A stretch of 64,000 nucleotides of DNA from Octopus vulgaris (taxonomy: Eukaryota). This document shows, in pieces, positions 49,926 through 61,289 of this stretch (positions are counted from its first letter, which is position 1; each line of letters starts with the position of its first letter). The stretch is from contig OX597842.1 in assembly GCA_951406725.2 (NCBI GenBank), positions 19,902,001-19,966,000 of the forward strand, in the 5' to 3' direction. Under the pieces are notes generated by a model. The model was not told the DNA's origin. It did no database searches and saw nothing but the letters and a program-made list of their open reading frames with translations. The position numbers and the translations under genes were made by a program.

Positions 49926-50857
49926 AGTGTCTCTTTTCACCTATCTTCATATTTTCGTTGTTCATTTTCAATGTAGATATTACTGCAAGCTTCGAATTCA
50001 TTCAGAAGTTCTTGTCTGAGAAACAAAGACCTTTACAGCAGACACAGGTTTTGCTGCTCCTCTTGGGTCCTGGGGAATCCTGGTAATTGTTCTATGCACG
50101 TGTATGCCGTGGAAGGCATGGGGGAATTCCTTTCCAGAAAGTTCCATTATCATCATCATCATCGTTTAACGTCTGTTTTCCATGCTAGCATGGGTTGGAC
50201 GGTTCAACTGGGGTCTGGGAAGCCAGGAGGCTGCACCAGGCTCCAGTCTGATCTGGAAGTGTTCCTACAGCTGGATGCCCTTCCTAATGCCAACCACTCC
50301 GTGAGTGTAGTAGGTGCTTTTAATGTGTCACCGGCACAGAAGCCAGTCAAGGCAGCGCTAGCAAAGGCCACGATCGGATGGTGCTTTTTACATGCCACCG
50401 CCACGGAGGCCAGTCAGGGCGGCGCTGGCTACGGCCACGTTCGGATGGTTCCCTTACATGCCACCGGCACTGGTATCACAGCTACAAATTCCATTGATAA
50501 TTGATTGCGATTTTGATTTTGATATGCCTAAAAAAAGGTTTTTCTCTGTTCCTGGTAGTCTGCTGTTCATCTTCATCATCAGCTTCTTCCCTTCCTTCTA
50601 AAGAATCATCTGGTGAAGTCTGCAACATGCCATCTGCTTCAGTTCCTCCCTCATCATCTCTTATTTCTTCCTCAGCTTTACTCTCTTCTTTTGGAAGCAA
50701 TTTCTTGTCTTACGATCTTTTGACCTGGGGCACAACGAGCATCTTTTTATGGAATCTTCATGATAACATCTTGGAGGTACCAGGTTCAATTCTCTTCAGA
50801 TTCCTCTTCATTTGGTTCTTCGTCAAGAAATGATTCTCATTCTTCTATGTCTAATTC

Positions 50858-51466
50858 AACTCTTCAAGTTTTCTACTATATGGCTCAGAAACCTGGACGT
50901 TATCAAAGAAGCTGGAGAGGCAATTGGTTGGAACTTCATCATCTGAATAAGATTTTCTAACTATAAAGGGTATGGCCTGGTCAGCCTGTAATGATATGCA
51001 TAAGATCTGGTCATCAAATCTAAGTAGAGACTTCAAACTTCAAAGCCACAGTCAAACCAATTCTACTATATGGCTCAGAAACCTGGAAGTTATCAAAGAA
51101 GCTTGAGAGGTGGTTGGATGGAACCTACACTCGCCTCCTTATGAGAGCTCAAAATCTCAAGTGGAAGCACCAACAAACCAAAGTACAAATATATGGGAAA
51201 CTACCACCTGTATAATCTCTTGTAAAAGGTAGAAGAGTCCAGTTTGCTGGACATTGTTGTAGAGCTGAAAAAGAGGTAATTTCTACTCTTCTCTGGAAGC
51301 CATCTACTCGCAATACCAGAGGGTGCACACTATCCTACCCTGATGTAATCTCCAGGGATACAGGCATCCAGCAACAGGACCTCCGTAATGCTATGATGGA
51401 CCGTGAAGTCTGGCGTAGCATGGTAAATTCCATTGTCTTGACCACGGTCAAACAATGATGATGATG
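50858..51466 (+). mobile_element. RTE/RTEX-like LINE 3' fragment with 11-bp TSD
   Basis: ILLYGSETW..KKLERWLDGTYTRLLMRA, RRVQFAGHC, MMDREVWR; (TGA)n tail; ATGTCTAATTC at 50847-50857 and 51467-51477. Confidence 0.85.
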
Positions 51467-52875
51467 ATGTCTAATTCTCTCCCAATTTTGCCATTTGTCT
51501 GTCGTAGTTCACTGTGAACCTGAAAGGAAAGATTTCTCAACTTTTATGGCGTTCACAACCATCCAATAACACAAAAAAACGTTGGACACTTGATAATAAT
51601 TTATAATTTTATGCAAGAAATAATCAGCGTTTCAGATATAAAAATAAATAAACAATTATACAGAAAAGGAAATAAAATCGCAAAAGGCCCTTGACTTGCT
51701 TACAGAAAACAACTTCCAGGACAGATTCCTGAAGCAGTAGGAATTCTGGGGCCAGTGTATTACTGTGAAAGGTGAGTATTTCACAGGAGATTTTGTTAAA
51801 ACTTTGGTAAATTAGTAATTTTTATGAAACATAGCTTGTCCGAGAACTTTTTGATACCATCTCGTATTTTTCTTGGAAATTCTGTAAAGAGTTTTTATTT
51901 TTTTTAATAAATAAATATTTTGATTTTGTTTGCTTATTTTTCTGTTGTTTTTATCTTATATAACATGTCTTTACATGATACACGTATAATACAATACCAC
52001 ATTAAAATACAAATCCTAAACCAAAAGAAACACAAACAGGAGGTGCAGCAAGTACCCTTATAGGGATCACCGAACCCATTCTGTAAGGCGAGGCGCCAAC
52101 AATGGTAAGAACTTCACTGTGGCAAATGTCACAGGTGGAAGAAATGGGTCACACTTCATTTCCTATGCTTAAGGATTTTGTTCTCGTTGGCTACGGAAGC
52201 AGTGACCCTTTGATTATAATTGAAGATATTTATGCTAAAGCAATGGGTATACATATGCAAATGTACCCCACCGACTTTGTTTCTTCATAACTTCTGGAAA
52301 AATGGGTATTTTTAAATGAAAATTTTGAGAAATACCTTTAAGAAAGTGTAGATTGCAATTATATTGGAATAGTACATGTTGGTGGGACACCACACACACA
52401 CATACACATCACATTCTTTTGCATTCTAAGATTCAGTCAAAATTTTCAAATTTGGAATATTCATGTAATTTTCCAAGCTGAATCTGCTACCGCTCACTTT
52501 TTCTGGACATAATTTTTTAAAAAGTGGACCTTTTCTGTTTGTGTTTTTCCCTTCAGCTCCTTCGGTTTCAAATTTATTGATTTCGAGTTTAGTGTATTGA
52601 TGTAGTTTTGTCTGTTAATTATATAAATGAAATTAGTTGTTGTCCTAAATTGATAAATATACAGTTAATAGCTTTTAAGATTTTTAAATTCCCAGTAAAA
52701 GACGGAGCAGAGTTTTGGAAAAAATATTGCTAAAATATGGATATAATTTATTTAAAAAACCAACTATGCCAATGCAGTCAGTGAAAGTCTTAATCTGATA
52801 AATAGAATTGTTTTTTCCTTTTAGAGGATAAATATAGATAAAAAAACACAAATTGTAGCGTTCTTATACAAATGT

Positions 52876-53009
52876 TTATTTCTTAAAATATTTGCAGCAG
52901 AAGAAAGAGAGTCAGACAAGGATTGCAGCAAGGATGAGTATGCCAAGAATGATTCCGACAATCTCGAGTGTTCTGAGGGGTCTTGATCCATTAGGTTCAG
53001 GTTTCGGAT
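52876..53009 (-). CDS. Candidate last exon: stalk plus hydrophobic (TM/GPI-like) segment
   Basis: TTGCAG acceptor, phase 1, PKPEPNGSRPLRTLEIVGIILGILILAAILV*LSFFCCKYFKK*; TGA at 52914-52912. Confidence 0.6.
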
Positions 53010-53574
53010 CTGCAATTGACAAACAATAAAATATATACCTTTTGTTTTTAATAAAAAATAGTAATATCTCCCAAGTTTGACCATTTTCATACTAAACTAT
53101 TAAAAAATACTTTTGTTTCTGTTATACAAATTCCATTTCAAAGTGATCTAAAGGAAAAGTCCCCATCAAAATTTCCAGTAACACTATGTTGCACACATAA
53201 GCTTGGTTATATAAAGCCTTGTGAGTGGATTTGGTAGAAGGAAACTGAAAGAAGCCCGTCGTATATATGATTATATATGTGTGTGTTTGTGTGTCTGTTT
53301 GTCCTCCCAGTATCGCTTGATAACCGATGCTGGTGTGTCTACGTCCACGTTACTTAGCGGTTCGGCAAAAGAGAACCGATAGAATAAGTACTAGGCTTAC
53401 AAAGAATAAATCCTGGGGTCGATTTGCTTGACTTAAGGCGGTGCTCCAGCATGGCCACAGTCAAATGACTGAAACAAGTAAAAAGAGAAAGTGAAAGAGA
53501 ATATAACCCCCCACCCCACACACCTTGGTATTGACCCCCTCATCCTTTGCCCTTGTGGCAAATAAAAGAAACCC

Positions 53575-54112
53575 TTATTATATACAACTATCAGCTGAGT
53601 CCATTGTGAAGATGGCCCCTCTACTTTCCCTCAACCAGGAAGGGCAACCAGTTTTTATCTGCTCGGGCCCCATGGCAAAGGGGATCATACAGTGGACATG
53701 TCTGAAAGGGCTGAAGACCAGCAACTGCCATTTTGTCAAAACCCTAATAAACTTTTTCAGGTTTCACTTGAAGAGGAAAATCAGGGTGGAGAGGTAAGTG
53801 CTGGCTACCAAGCAGTTTGTTGAAAGGTGGGTGAGAGGGGTGAGCATTACCTGAGTGAATGGGCCTTCTCTTAGAGCGTACCTGTATATTGGAGAGGAAA
53901 GACTGGGAGAGGGCATCAACCCTGGTGGCCAGGGAGACCTTGGATTTTGTGGGCTTTCTTTATGTGTGGCCCTTCAAAGTCCCCCTTCTATCAGGGGTTT
54001 TACTTTGAATTTCTTTTATTCTTTGTATGACTATTTACATGCTAAAACCCACACTGGACCCTCCCGAATGTTTTCCTTTGTGTTAGCCCTCTGTGGTTAA
54101 TAAAGAAATTAT
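53575..54112 (+). mobile_element. Older Tx1/L1-clade 3' fragment homologous to 24227-25181
   Basis: IQLSAESIVKMAP...LINFFRFHLKRKIRVER aligns with VQLSSESILKIDP...LTNFFKFHLK*KVELEK; ends AATAAAGAAAT. Confidence 0.75.
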
Positions 54113-54129
54113 TATAAATCATTTCCTAC

Positions 54130-54378
54130 TCTTTATCTTCAAATTAATGTCTGCAGCATTAAGGTTGTAATCATCAAATCTCCAAGTCGAACATTCCTTA
54201 GTTACGTTTCTGATCCAAAGTGTGGAGGTATCTCTACTATGTGTTACTTTATAGTCAGTGCCGTTAGCGCATGTCCTGTCACATTCATATTTATAATTCT
54301 GGCACTTCCAAACCACCGGTCGTTTCATATCAGGTATTGTTATCGAAAGGGTGAGGTTTCCATTGAGCTCAGCAGGTC
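54130..54378 (-). CDS. Candidate exon encoding a divergent immunoglobulin-like domain
   Basis: GPAELNGNLTLSITIPDMKRPVVWKCQNYKYECDRTCANGTDYKVTHSRDTSTLWIRNVTKECSTWRF; TTTCAG acceptor and GTAGGA donor give a 249-nt phase 1-1 exon. Confidence 0.62.
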
Positions 54379-54652
54379 CTGAAATAACGAAATCAGTTAA
54401 GAAGTTTGCTTCCAAATCACATGGTCCTGGGTTCAGTCCCACTACACAGCACCTCGGGAAAGTGTCTTCTACTACAGCATCAGCCTTGTGAGTGGATTTT
54501 CTAGATGGAAATTGAAAGAAGCCCATTGTATGTATATGTGTGTGTATGTATATACATACACACTTGTGTGTTTCAAAGCCTTGTGAGTGGATTTGATAGA
54601 TGGAAACTGAAAGAAGCCCATTGTTTATATATATGTATATATATATATATGT

Positions 54653-55031
54653 AAATAGAAAATTATTATTTCTAAGTCCCTGAATGAGAAACATTCAGTA
54701 ACATTAATCGAGAGTAAAGATTATTTGCCAGCATAATATGGCAGTCCTAGTTAGGATGATTGTTACTGTTATCTAGCCCTAGGAAACACTGCCTCCAGCT
54801 GGGTATATGACACGCTATCTATGTCCTATGGGATGCTAAACTCCCTTGTTTGAAAATATAAGGATGCAGCAAGTGTGTCATATAGCCTGCTGGAGACGAT
54901 ATTTCCTAGGGCTAAGGAACAGTAACAATCGTCCTAACCAGGACTGCCACATTATGTTGGCAAATAATCTCTACCCTAGAGTACTGTTACTCAATGTCTT
55001 TTGTTCAGAGATTTAGAAATAATTTTCTATT
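54653..55031. repeat. Old fold-back (MITE-like) inverted repeat
   Basis: Degenerate ~165-bp arms (TTTGCCAGCATAATATGGCAGTCCTAG / CCAGGACTGCCACATTATGTTGGCAAA). Confidence 0.6.
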
Positions 55032-55381
55032 TGTTAGATCAGAGACTTTGTGTCACTTTGGAAAGTATATATTTTGGACAAGAGTTTAGTGGAGTCATCT
55101 GTAGCCGAGAAGTTATTCTGTGCTGATGAAGGGAAATAACCCAGAGACCATTGGTATGCAGATAGATGATGTTTCCTAAGACTAAATTTACAGTATCATT
55201 CGTCCTAACCAAGACTGCCACATTATGTTGGCAAATATATATATATATAAGTTCAGCAAAAATTTAGATTCAAATGAATATGGTACTTAATTTAGATGCA
55301 CCAGAATTTTGTATGGTGTTATCCATAGAAATCCGTGGGGTGATTATAATGAAAATAAGCAATAAGAATGACTCCGGTAAT

Positions 55382-55467
55382 TTGGTACGATCGTTTCGTA
55401 CTACATCATTTTATTAAATTTTGTAAGTATTACAACAGTTTTAAAATACTGAGCACTCATCAGCCAA
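55382..55467 (-). ncRNA. Type I hammerhead ribozyme motif (Penelope-type)
   Basis: TTGG-CTGATGA-GTGCT-[49 nt]-AGTAC-GAAAC-GATC-GTA-CCAA: complete core, stem I TTGG/CCAA, stem II, palindromic stem III. Confidence 0.75.
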
Positions 55468-55849
55468 TTATAGAGGTTTTCTGTTAATACAAACATTTTC
55501 ATATCACGTGGCAACATTATAGAGAAGGTAGATATATAGACAAAGATGTGGATTTAAATTTTAAGAACGTATGATGTAGTGGAACAACCAAATCTTAGTA
55601 CCTCATATGTTCTTAAAATTTAAATCCACATCTTTGTCTATATATCTACCTTCTCTATAATGTTGCCACTTGATTTGATAACTTTTTTATTAATGGAAAG
55701 CCTCTATAATTGGCTGATGAGTACTCAGCATCTTATAGAGGGATTAGGCTATTATCAGCTCCCGGAAAAGATTTTAACAGGATACTTTTAGAGATGATGA
55801 GGACAGCAGTAAAGAAGAAGCTGGATTTAGGAAGAACCGTTCATGTGGA

Positions 55850-56153
55850 GATCAAACCGCCACTCTTGGTATCATTGTAGAGCAAAGCGCAGAGTGGAAT
55901 GCACTCTATCTGCGACAATTTCATCTCAATTGAAGGAGAGGGGCCTTCTCCGTCCGGGTTGCGGATCCGTGGAATAAGCTGCCGGACGAGATAGTGAAGA
56001 TGCCGACGACCGCTCGATTCAAAGTCTCCCTTGACCACAAATGGCCTGAACTCTTTGCATGAACACCACCCTGTACATAACTCCATGTCCCCCTAAATGG
56101 CCTTGCTTTTTTGCTCTTTGAGCCAAAAAAATTAACTTAACTTAGCTTAACTT
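55850..56153 (+). mobile_element. CR1-like LINE 3' fragment
   Basis: RRRAFSVRVADPWNKLPDEIVKMPTTARFKVSLDHKW; (CTTAA)n tail. Confidence 0.75.
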
Positions 56154-56360
56154 GGATATAGAAAGAAAGGTAGGCCTAAGAACTCGTGGCAGAGATCAAC
56201 AAAAAACGAACTAGAGAAAGGGGGACATTCATGGCAGAGTATAAGTACAGAGGCGAAAAATTATGCAACATGGAATTCAATTATGAGTGGCCTATACTCC
56301 GCGTTGGAGGGTCAAAGGCAGGAAAGAAGAATATATTTACCACTTTGGGTGATCTTATAC

Positions 56361-56379
56361 TTTTGTGCCCTTGACAAAT
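56361..56379 (-). CDS. Candidate 19-nt micro-exon completing the signal peptide
   Basis: Strong acceptor TTTTGTTTTCGTCTTTTACAG, encodes (Y)LSRAQ, followed by GT. Confidence 0.4.
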
Positions 56380-56929
56380 CTGTAAAAGACGAAAACAAAA
56401 ATTTTTGATTTTAAGATGAAGTAATTCAAAATAATGTGAATAAATGAACATTACATTTCACAGTAATTTGATTGCTAAAGGATTAAACCAGCCATATCTG
56501 TTTTATGTTCTAAGTGGCTGGGTCCAGCCCCTCACACCTACCCTACAATGTCAGTCTAAAAATAAACAATCACATCATCAAAATGTCAAAACTACAAGAT
56601 AACGAATGATTAATTCAAAAACCAAGTCTAAATGAGCATTACATTAAACGGAATAAACTGATTGCTAACGAGTTAAAGTAGCCATACCTGGCACAAAGAT
56701 TCTACCTGTTTCGTGTTTAAACTGGTAATGGGTCATCCTTTTACACCTGTCTTACAATGTCATTCTAAAAATGAACAGACAAGGACTGCTATGTAAAGAA
56801 GTGCTGATCTTTAACTGCGGAGGCAATCTGTGGAAGAGGTGGACCCTGAAAGGTGCAGGACAAAACGGTGGAACATGAGGGCTTTGGATGTTGAGGCTGA
56901 CATGTATTGATAAGTGACTGCGACTGCCA

Positions 56930-57105
56930 AAAAAAAACTCATATTTCTCAGAAACTGAAAAAATTTGTTCTGAAGGAGTGTAAAATGTTTGGGTTCTCCC
57001 CAGGAAATATTGGAAACATAAATGAAATTCCCACGTATTTCGATAAACCAGGAAACACTACAGCAGACACAGAGGGAAACGAAGCTGTTAAAGTAAAAAC
57101 ATCTG
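56930..57105 (+). pseudogene. pogo/Tigger-like transposase fragment
   Basis: IGNINEIPTYFDKPGNTTADTEGNEAVKVKTS resembles the N.DET..FD.P...T....G...V.VKT motif. Confidence 0.55.
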
Positions 57106-57129
57106 AGAATTTATTAAATAATGACGGGT

Positions 57130-58197
57130 TGTGGTTAAGAAAACGAAGATCATGTCAACAGCAGCCACAACAAACATCAGCATCAAGATCGATAACGAAG
57201 AGATCGAAGTGGTTGATCATTTCATCTTCCTTGGCTCCAAAATAAATCGAGATGGTGACTGCACTCCAGAAAAAAGATGGCGGATGGATGGAAGCACTCC
57301 GTCGGTTACGACGACGAGGGTTCCGGTTGATCTGATCGACGGAACAGCCTGCTCGTGAAATTAACGTGCAAGTGGCTGAGCACTCCACAGACACGTGTAC
57401 CCTTAACGTAGTTCTCGGGGATATTCAGCGTGACACAGAGAGTGACAAGGCCGGCCCTTTGAAATACAGGTACAACAGAAACAGGAAGTAAGAGTGAGAG
57501 AAAGTTGTGGTGAAAGAGTACAGCAGGGATCACCACCATCCCCTGCCGGAGCCTCGTGGAGCTTTAGGTGTTTTCGCTCAATAAACACTCACAACGCCCG
57601 GTCTGGGAATCGAAACCGCGATCCTATGACCGCGAGTCCACTGCCCTTACCACTGGGCCATTGCGCCTCCACAAGACGGCGGATAGTACTAGGCAGAGAG
57701 GCAATGGTCAGCATGAGCAGGGCCTGGAAGAGTAGAGACATCAGACTCGCTACCAAATGCAGATTGGTGAATGCAATTGTCTTCCCAATAGCAACATATG
57801 GATGCGAGACCTGGACACTAAAGAAAGCTGACCAGAAGAGAATTAATGCATTCGAGCTTTGGTGTTGGAGAAGACTTTTACGGATTCCATGGATAACGAG
57901 GCTCACCAATGGAGAAGTTCTTAAGCAGATCAGGCCAAAAATGTCACTAGAAGCTAGGATCACCAAGCATAGATTGGCATATTTCAGTCATATTATGCGG
58001 AGAAAATCCCTGGAGAAGGACATCATGCTTGGAATGGTCAGTGGCAAGAGAGGAAGAGGCCGACCAAGAACCCACTGGCTTGACACCATCAAGAGTGATA
58101 CTGGAATGAACATAGCCAATCTGAAAAAAGCGACCCAGGATAGAACTGACTGGAGGACACTGATCCATCGAGTGACCGAGAGTCGACTTTGACTGAG

Positions 58198-58234
<37 letters not shown>

Positions 58235-58458
58235 TTTGGTCATATGATGCGGAGAAAATCCCTGGAGAAGGACATCATGCTCGGAATGGTCAGTGGCAAG
58301 AGAGGAAGAGGCCGACCAAGAACCCACTGGCTTGACACCATCAGGAGTGATACCGGAATGGACATAGCCAGTCTGAAAGAAGCGGCCCAGGATAGAACTG
58401 ACTGGAGGACACTGATCCATCGAGTGACCGAGAGTCGACTTTGACTGACCGGATAGAT
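57130..58458 (+). mobile_element. RTE (BovB-like) LINE 3' fragment, interrupted by a family B SINE and followed by a second copy of its last ~220 bp
   Basis: KTKIM, FIFLGS, TYGCETWT, AFELWCWRRLLRIPW, GKRGRGRPR, DRTDWR; SINE flanked by AAGATGGCGGAT/AAGACGGCGGAT. Confidence 0.9.
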
Positions 58459-59008
58459 AGACAGTGGTTTTGAAAGATAGTGGGTGATTCTCAAAGACAG
58501 TACCAAGATTAGTGTTGTATGGGGTGGGTGATGGGTATGAGGACTCACTGTTAATTAACCAGGGTGGGATATAGGGAATGTTTTGGGACCTGAGGTTCTG
58601 TAAATAAGTTGTTAATGAGGCAGATAATTTATAAAGTTAATCCAAACATGAAAGCACAAAAAAAAACACAACACGAGGACATGGAACAAATATAGTATTA
58701 TTGGACGCTCAGGAAAGAAGGAGGGTTTAATGTTTCGAGTGGAGCTCTTCATCGGAAACAAATGAGAAGGAAAGATCAAGAGAAGGGAAGACAGAGAATT
58801 TATAAGTGGGATTGTGGTGGAAAATCATGAATTTTGGAAATTTTCTTGCATAAGATGCATCAACAAAATTGGGAAAATCCCTACCAAAACAAAGAAAATC
58901 CTCCTTATGTGAGGTGACCCCATTCCAGACCCCTGTGCACCTGAGTAAGTTTGCCTTAACAAAAATTAGTTATGGAAAAAAATTAAATAAAATATAAATA
59001 ATACTTAC

Positions 59009-59054
59009 AGACAAATGTTACAAACAAACAGTAGAACAAGTTCCATTTAGCCAT
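59009..59054 (-). CDS. Candidate first coding exon (signal peptide)
   Basis: TTTTTTCAG|ATC ATG GCT AAA TGG...: MAKWNLFYCLFVTFV then phase-1 GTAAGT donor. Confidence 0.6.
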
Positions 59055-59519
59055 GATCTGAAAAAATAATTTTCAAAAGCTGCAAAATAACAAAGTTTAT
59101 AGCCCAGGGTCCGAGGCTGGTCAGGCTGAGAAAAACAAACAGTCAAAATGTCATCAGTCACTCTTTAATAGATTTATGGTCAAGCCTGTGGCATTGGAGA
59201 TCTTATTCTTAACTATTTCGAATACTACAGAACGCTGTACAGTAGAGACAAGTGCAGTTTGAACCAGGTTGGTATCAAAAGGCTTAAGAATTGTTTCTCT
59301 ATTATATATTTGTCGAGATGTTCTGTGTTTCTTTCAATTAATTCTAAATATAACAAAGATCTTAGAAAAATAACTTAGTTACCATTTAGCTAGTGTAAGT
59401 AACATAAATTGCGACTAAGGTTTGGCGGAAGATTTTAATTCAAAACTTATGAAAACAAGACATTTGTACTACAGAGCCAGAGCTGGTTTTAGTCAGGTTG
59501 GTAATGAAAGGGTTAAGAA

Positions 59520-60890
59520 TTGTTTCTGTCGAGATGCTCTGTGTTTCTTTCAATTATTTTAAATATAACAAAGACTTTAGAAAAAATAACTTAGTTATCA
59601 TTAAGCTAGTGTTAGGAACATAAATTGTGACTAATGTTTGGTGGAAGATTTTAATGCAAAACTTAAGAAAACAAGACATTTGTACTACAGGGTCAGAGGT
59701 GGTTTCGGTCGGGTTGGTAACAAAAGGGTTAATGTAAAATTTGAAGAGAGACAGATTTAAACTTTGCACTGTTTCTGCCCCCCCCTTTTAGTTTTATCAA
59801 TTACTATACAACACTAAAGCAACTGCATTTTTTGTCTCATTCTTTCTTCTTGATGAGTGAAAACAAATACCAAATTACAGGTATTTGTATAATTGTGGCT
59901 TTCCAGGTAGAATCCTGGTTTAAACAGTCCTTATAATTTCAGAAAATTTTTGCAACACACACAAATGAATATGATTATTGAAAAGACAGCATGGTGTTTC
60001 ACTTTCTGGATCATAAAATGAAATATCATCTTAATCATTAATTCAAGCGAATCAATGTCAGAAAATAGCATATCGATATATTACTGATGTTCACCTTAAT
60101 TTTACGAAATAATCTTTAATATATATCTTGTGTTTTTATTACAATAAAAACCAATATTTACAACAGAATCTCTTCTTTTTGGACAAACCTTATAGTTGTG
60201 GCTGGATGCAATTGGAAGTTTCAAAAACCAACTGGGAAATACAAACAACGAAAAGAACTTAGTTTCTGAAAGAAAAAAAGAAAAGATATTATTTCAAAAA
60301 GTTTTACTGAAAAGGTACTGATTTTTAAAAAATTCAAAAAGTAAAAAGGTTATGAGGGGTTATATGGGGTACTTAAACGAAAATTCCACCAAAAATCAAA
60401 TTTTAAAACCAGTTTTTTTTAACAGCATAAATGCTTTGATGGGGATAAAAATATTGAAAAACATTGAATACAGGTTAGAGCGAGGAAGAAACAAGAAAGG
60501 TGGTTGTGGGATGTGTTAGAAACAACAGGCAGATCTCCCTTAAATGACACACCTTTCTTTACTCATAACTTTCTGACAAATGGATATTAATGGATATATT
60601 GGAATTTGTTGTGAAAAAGTTTTCCGAGGGTGGGGCGAAAAGTTTTGGAAAATTCACATCAGTCGGCTTTATTTCCTCATAACTTTTGGAAAAATGGATA
60701 TTTCTTTAGTGGAATTTTCAACAAATATCATTCGGATTGTGAAGGTGACGATTATATCAGAATTTAATATGTAAACAAAATTTGTGGGCTCACACACATA
60801 CATAATTACATACACATCGTGAATTGAAACTTGAAATTTTGATAGAACAATGTTATATCTGTCAGTATGTGTGTGTGTGTGCAAACCTAT
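59520..60890 (+). repeat. Segmental duplicate of 1150-2390 plus 6930-7400
   Basis: Colinear match including the piggyBac MITE and its unique flank. Confidence 0.85.
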
Positions 60891-61289
60891 CATATTTTTT
60901 TTTCATAATAGACTTCAATATTACTCTTTACTCTTTTACTTATTTCAGTCATTTGGCTGCGGCCATGCTGGAGCACCGCCTTTAGCCGAGGAAATCGACC
61001 CCCAGGACTTATTCTTTGTAAGCCCAGTACTTATTGTATCGGTCTATTACGTACATGTATATGAAAGATAAGGAGTGTAGATGTGTGTTTGGGTGTGATT
61101 AACTAGAAGTAGATACAGCTGAATAGGGCGTGATGGCGCGTACATCCGTTATCTTTCATAAACAGGGACACACATCTTTTACTTTCTCCTCCTCTCACTC
61201 AGAAGCAAATATCGCCTTCCACTCATCATCAAAATAAAAGAAAATAAAATAATTTTTTACGGGAATTAACGAACAATCCGCTGATCAAA

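Larger units (their letters stand above)
47451..51496 (-). pseudogene. Decayed piggyBac transposase interrupted by several retroposons
   Basis: LRFDD, ATVDEMLAAF, KPAKYGIKIF, RNITMDNWFTS, YNITKGGV..VDQLCSMYDVSRNTRCWP, Cys-rich C-terminus (KPICLQHAMHICIDC); acidic N-terminal remnant; candidate TTAA|CCC end at 47188. Confidence 0.88.
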
